A stretch of 64,000 nt of DNA. Source: Squalus acanthias. Its lineage: Eukaryota. The DNA lies in contig CM059431.1 in assembly GCA_030390025.1 (NCBI GenBank), forward strand, positions 152,460,001 through 152,524,000, given 5' to 3'. Of the stretch, positions 61,708-64,000 are shown piece after piece. A program made the position numbers and the translations under genes. Below the pieces are notes generated by a model. It was not told the DNA's origin and did not search any database. It saw only the letters and a program-made list of their open reading frames with translations. The stretch's first letter is position 1. Each line of letters starts with the position of its first letter.

Positions 61708-62611
61708 GGGTAAAAATTCAGTTGGTTGCGCCACCCGTTAGCACCTTAAGAGGGCGCTAATGGGGCGCAAAGCCGCTAACGCCCGGGTGCAGCGATGTTT
61801 GCGCCGCTCGTGAACTTAACTAGAGATTGTGCGGCGGCGCTAAACTTTACCGCTGCGACCACCTGCGCGCGCAGATTGTGACGTCATTCCATGGTGCAAC
61901 GCCCTTGTGGCGCCCCGGAGCGGAAATTGAGTGGCACCCCCTGCCTTACCGCCTGGCGAATCCAACGACCAGAAGACTGGAACGCTATCAATCGCTGTGG
62001 GACTGGGGGGGGGGGGGTGGGGGCGCTATTTAAAGGGGGCCTCTTCCTGTCTTTTATTGTTGGTGGCATTTTTGAACTATGCATTCTGAGAGAGAGAGGG
62101 AGAGACTTCTGGAGAGATTCAACGTTGTGTGAAGGAGTTTTGGGTACTGAGCAGCATTTTGCAGGTTCATTTTGATTTGCCATTCCTTGTATCCATTTAG
62201 CAGAGACTGTGGGAGCTGCACTCTGAGCTCTTTGCCTGGTACTCCCCATTGTTCTTTCCAGCACATTTGATGTGCAAGTCTCTCCAGGCCGAGATTCAAG
62301 GCTGCAATGAACAGGATGTGGATGGAAAGCAAGATTAACCATCCCCTTTAAGAACTGGCCCGTGCCACTGTGTGTGTGTTCCATTGCTGACTGACATTAC
62401 ATGAGCTTCGCCAGCGCTCTGAGTTAGCGCCTCACTCCTTGGCCTTTGCGCCTTAAGACAGGTGTGCAGCGCCTGATTTAGCGCTCCACTCACCTCCCGG
62501 GGCGGTAAAAGTGAAGTTTCCAGTCAGTGCCGATAATTAGCGCCAGGCGCTAATATTTGCGTCCAGACGATATTTGCGCCCCAAATGGGGCGTGACCTAG
62601 TTTTTCCCCCC
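61708..62611 (+). mobile_element. Non-autonomous PIF/Harbinger element
   Basis: Ends GGGTAAAAATT...AGTTTTTCCCC; ATG on both sides; first ~350 bp nearly identical to 62623-62965; no transposase. Confidence 0.8.
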
Positions 62612-62622
62612 ATGACTCTATG

Positions 62623-64000
62623 GGGTAAAAATTCAGTTGGTTGCGCCTCCCGTTAGCGCCTTAAGAGGGCGCTAATGGGGCGCAAAGCCGCTAACGCCCG
62701 GGTGCAGCGATGTTTGCGCCGCTCGGGAACTTAACTAGAGATTGTGCGGCGGCTTTAAAACTTACCGCTGCGACCACCTGCGCGCGCAGATTGTGACGTC
62801 ATTCCATGGTGCAACGCCCTTGTGGTGCCCCGGAGCGGAAATTGAGTGGCACCCCCTGCCTTACCGCATGGCGCATCCAACGACCGGAAGACTGGAACGC
62901 TATCAATCGCTGTGGGGCTGGGGGGGGGCGCTATTTAAAGGGGGCCTCTTCCTGTCTTTTTCTGTGGTCGACATTTTTGCACCACTCGTTCTGAGAGAGA
63001 GAGAGAGATTCGGAGAGAGAGAAAGAGAGACTTCTGCATTGACTCAACGCTTTGTGAGGTAGTTTCGCCTACTGATCCTAACTTCGCTGGTACTTTAGTT
63101 GCTGTCCTTCATTACTTTGCTTGCAAAGAGAATATGGGGGCTGCACTGATTGGGGGCGTCGTCCTGCACCAGCTGAATCGGAGGATACAGAGACGCAGAG
63201 AGAGAGTGGCAATGATGGCCAGACGGAGGAGGGCCAACAGGCGTATGTACAGGAGAGCTTACCCACCCAGGGTATATCGTGAACAGCTCTCCTACATTCA
63301 TATGTCTGAGGAGCTGTGTTTGCGAAGGCTGCGATTCAGCAAGGAGGTGGTCACTGAGCTCTGCCACCTGCTGCAGCCAGATCTGCAGCCTTAACTGAGG
63401 TCCAGGACGTCTCTGTCGGTGGCAGTGAATGTCACAGTGGCTCTCAACTTTTACGCTACTGGCTCATTTCAAGCTGCTGCTGGGGACCTCGCCAATATCT
63501 CCCAGTTCGCGGTGCATTGCTGCATCCGGCAGGTCACAAATGCCCTCTTTAAAAGGAGACGAGAGTTCATCTCTTTCCCCATGACCCCAGACAAGCAGCG
63601 TGACCGCGCTCTGGGCTTTGCGAGGATACCGGGCTTCCCCATGGTGCAGGGCGCCATTGACTGCACGCATGTGGCTTTGCGTGCTCCGCATGAGAATGCC
63701 GAGGAATTCCAGAACAGAAAGGGGTTCCATTCCTTGAATGTTCAGTTGGTCTGTGACCACAGACAGCTGATACTCGCTGTCAATGCCCACTATCCTGGCA
63801 GCTGCCACGATGCTTTTATCCTGCGCCAGACTACTGTGGCAGAACTTTTCGAGGCACCGCATCAGCCAGCTGGTTGGCTTCTCGGGGACAAGGGGTATGC
63901 ATTGAGCACCTGGCTGATGACACCGCTCCGTACGCCCAACACCCCTGCTGAGCTGCGGTACAATGAGAGCCATCAAGCTACCAGGAACATAATTGAGCGC
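62623..64000 (+). mobile_element. PIF/Harbinger transposon (runs off the window)
   Basis: Same left end as 61708; carries a transposase gene. Confidence 0.9.
63134..64000 (+). pseudogene. Harbinger (HARBI1-like) DDE transposase with one in-frame stop (TAA 63392-63394)
   Basis: Frame continues past the stop: VALNFYATGSFQ, GFPMVQGAIDCTH, NRKGFHSLNVQLVCD, YPGSCHDAFIL, WLLGDKGY, TRNIIER. Confidence 0.9.

Noticed and set aside
61827..62384. ORFs in the non-autonomous Harbinger as a Myb/SANT partner gene
   Set aside because: No Trp-spaced Myb/SANT pattern; the ORFs overlap terminal sequence shared by both elements
63134..64000. Domesticated host HARBI1 gene
   Set aside because: Sits inside a TIR-bounded element with a non-autonomous sibling and has an in-frame stop

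Overview
Repeat-dense vertebrate genomic DNA, most likely a cartilaginous fish. This is inferred from the HE1/V-SINE-type SINEs, abundant CR1 LINEs and multicopy GPR139-like GPCR genes. The centrepiece is a 12.7-kb, apparently intact and young LTR retrovirus-like provirus on the minus strand (17189-29880), inserted into a CR1 LINE with a 4-bp AAAT target-site duplication. It has 1.63-kb LTRs differing by about 10 substitutions plus one 5-bp indel (manual count) and a tRNA-Arg(UCG) primer-binding site overlapping the first gag ATG. Gag carries a coiled coil, a PSAPPSY late domain and a CCHC knuckle. An in-frame UGA-CUAG readthrough junction leads into pol (PR-RT-tether-second RNase H-IN). Env looks like a paramyxo/pneumo/baculovirus F-type fusion protein with an immunoglobulin-like domain at its N-terminus. 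The architecture matches lokiretroviruses rather than classical ERVs. The flanks hold an inverted segmental duplication carrying two 2-exon GPR139-like GPCR copies with complementary disabling lesions, a third truncated copy, and a GPCR-associated 26-bp minisatellite. Also present are several Penelope-type remnants with minimal hammerhead ribozymes, RTE/CR1/SINE fragments and two adjacent Harbinger elements. Coordinates of degenerate repeats are approximate; no database searches were run.
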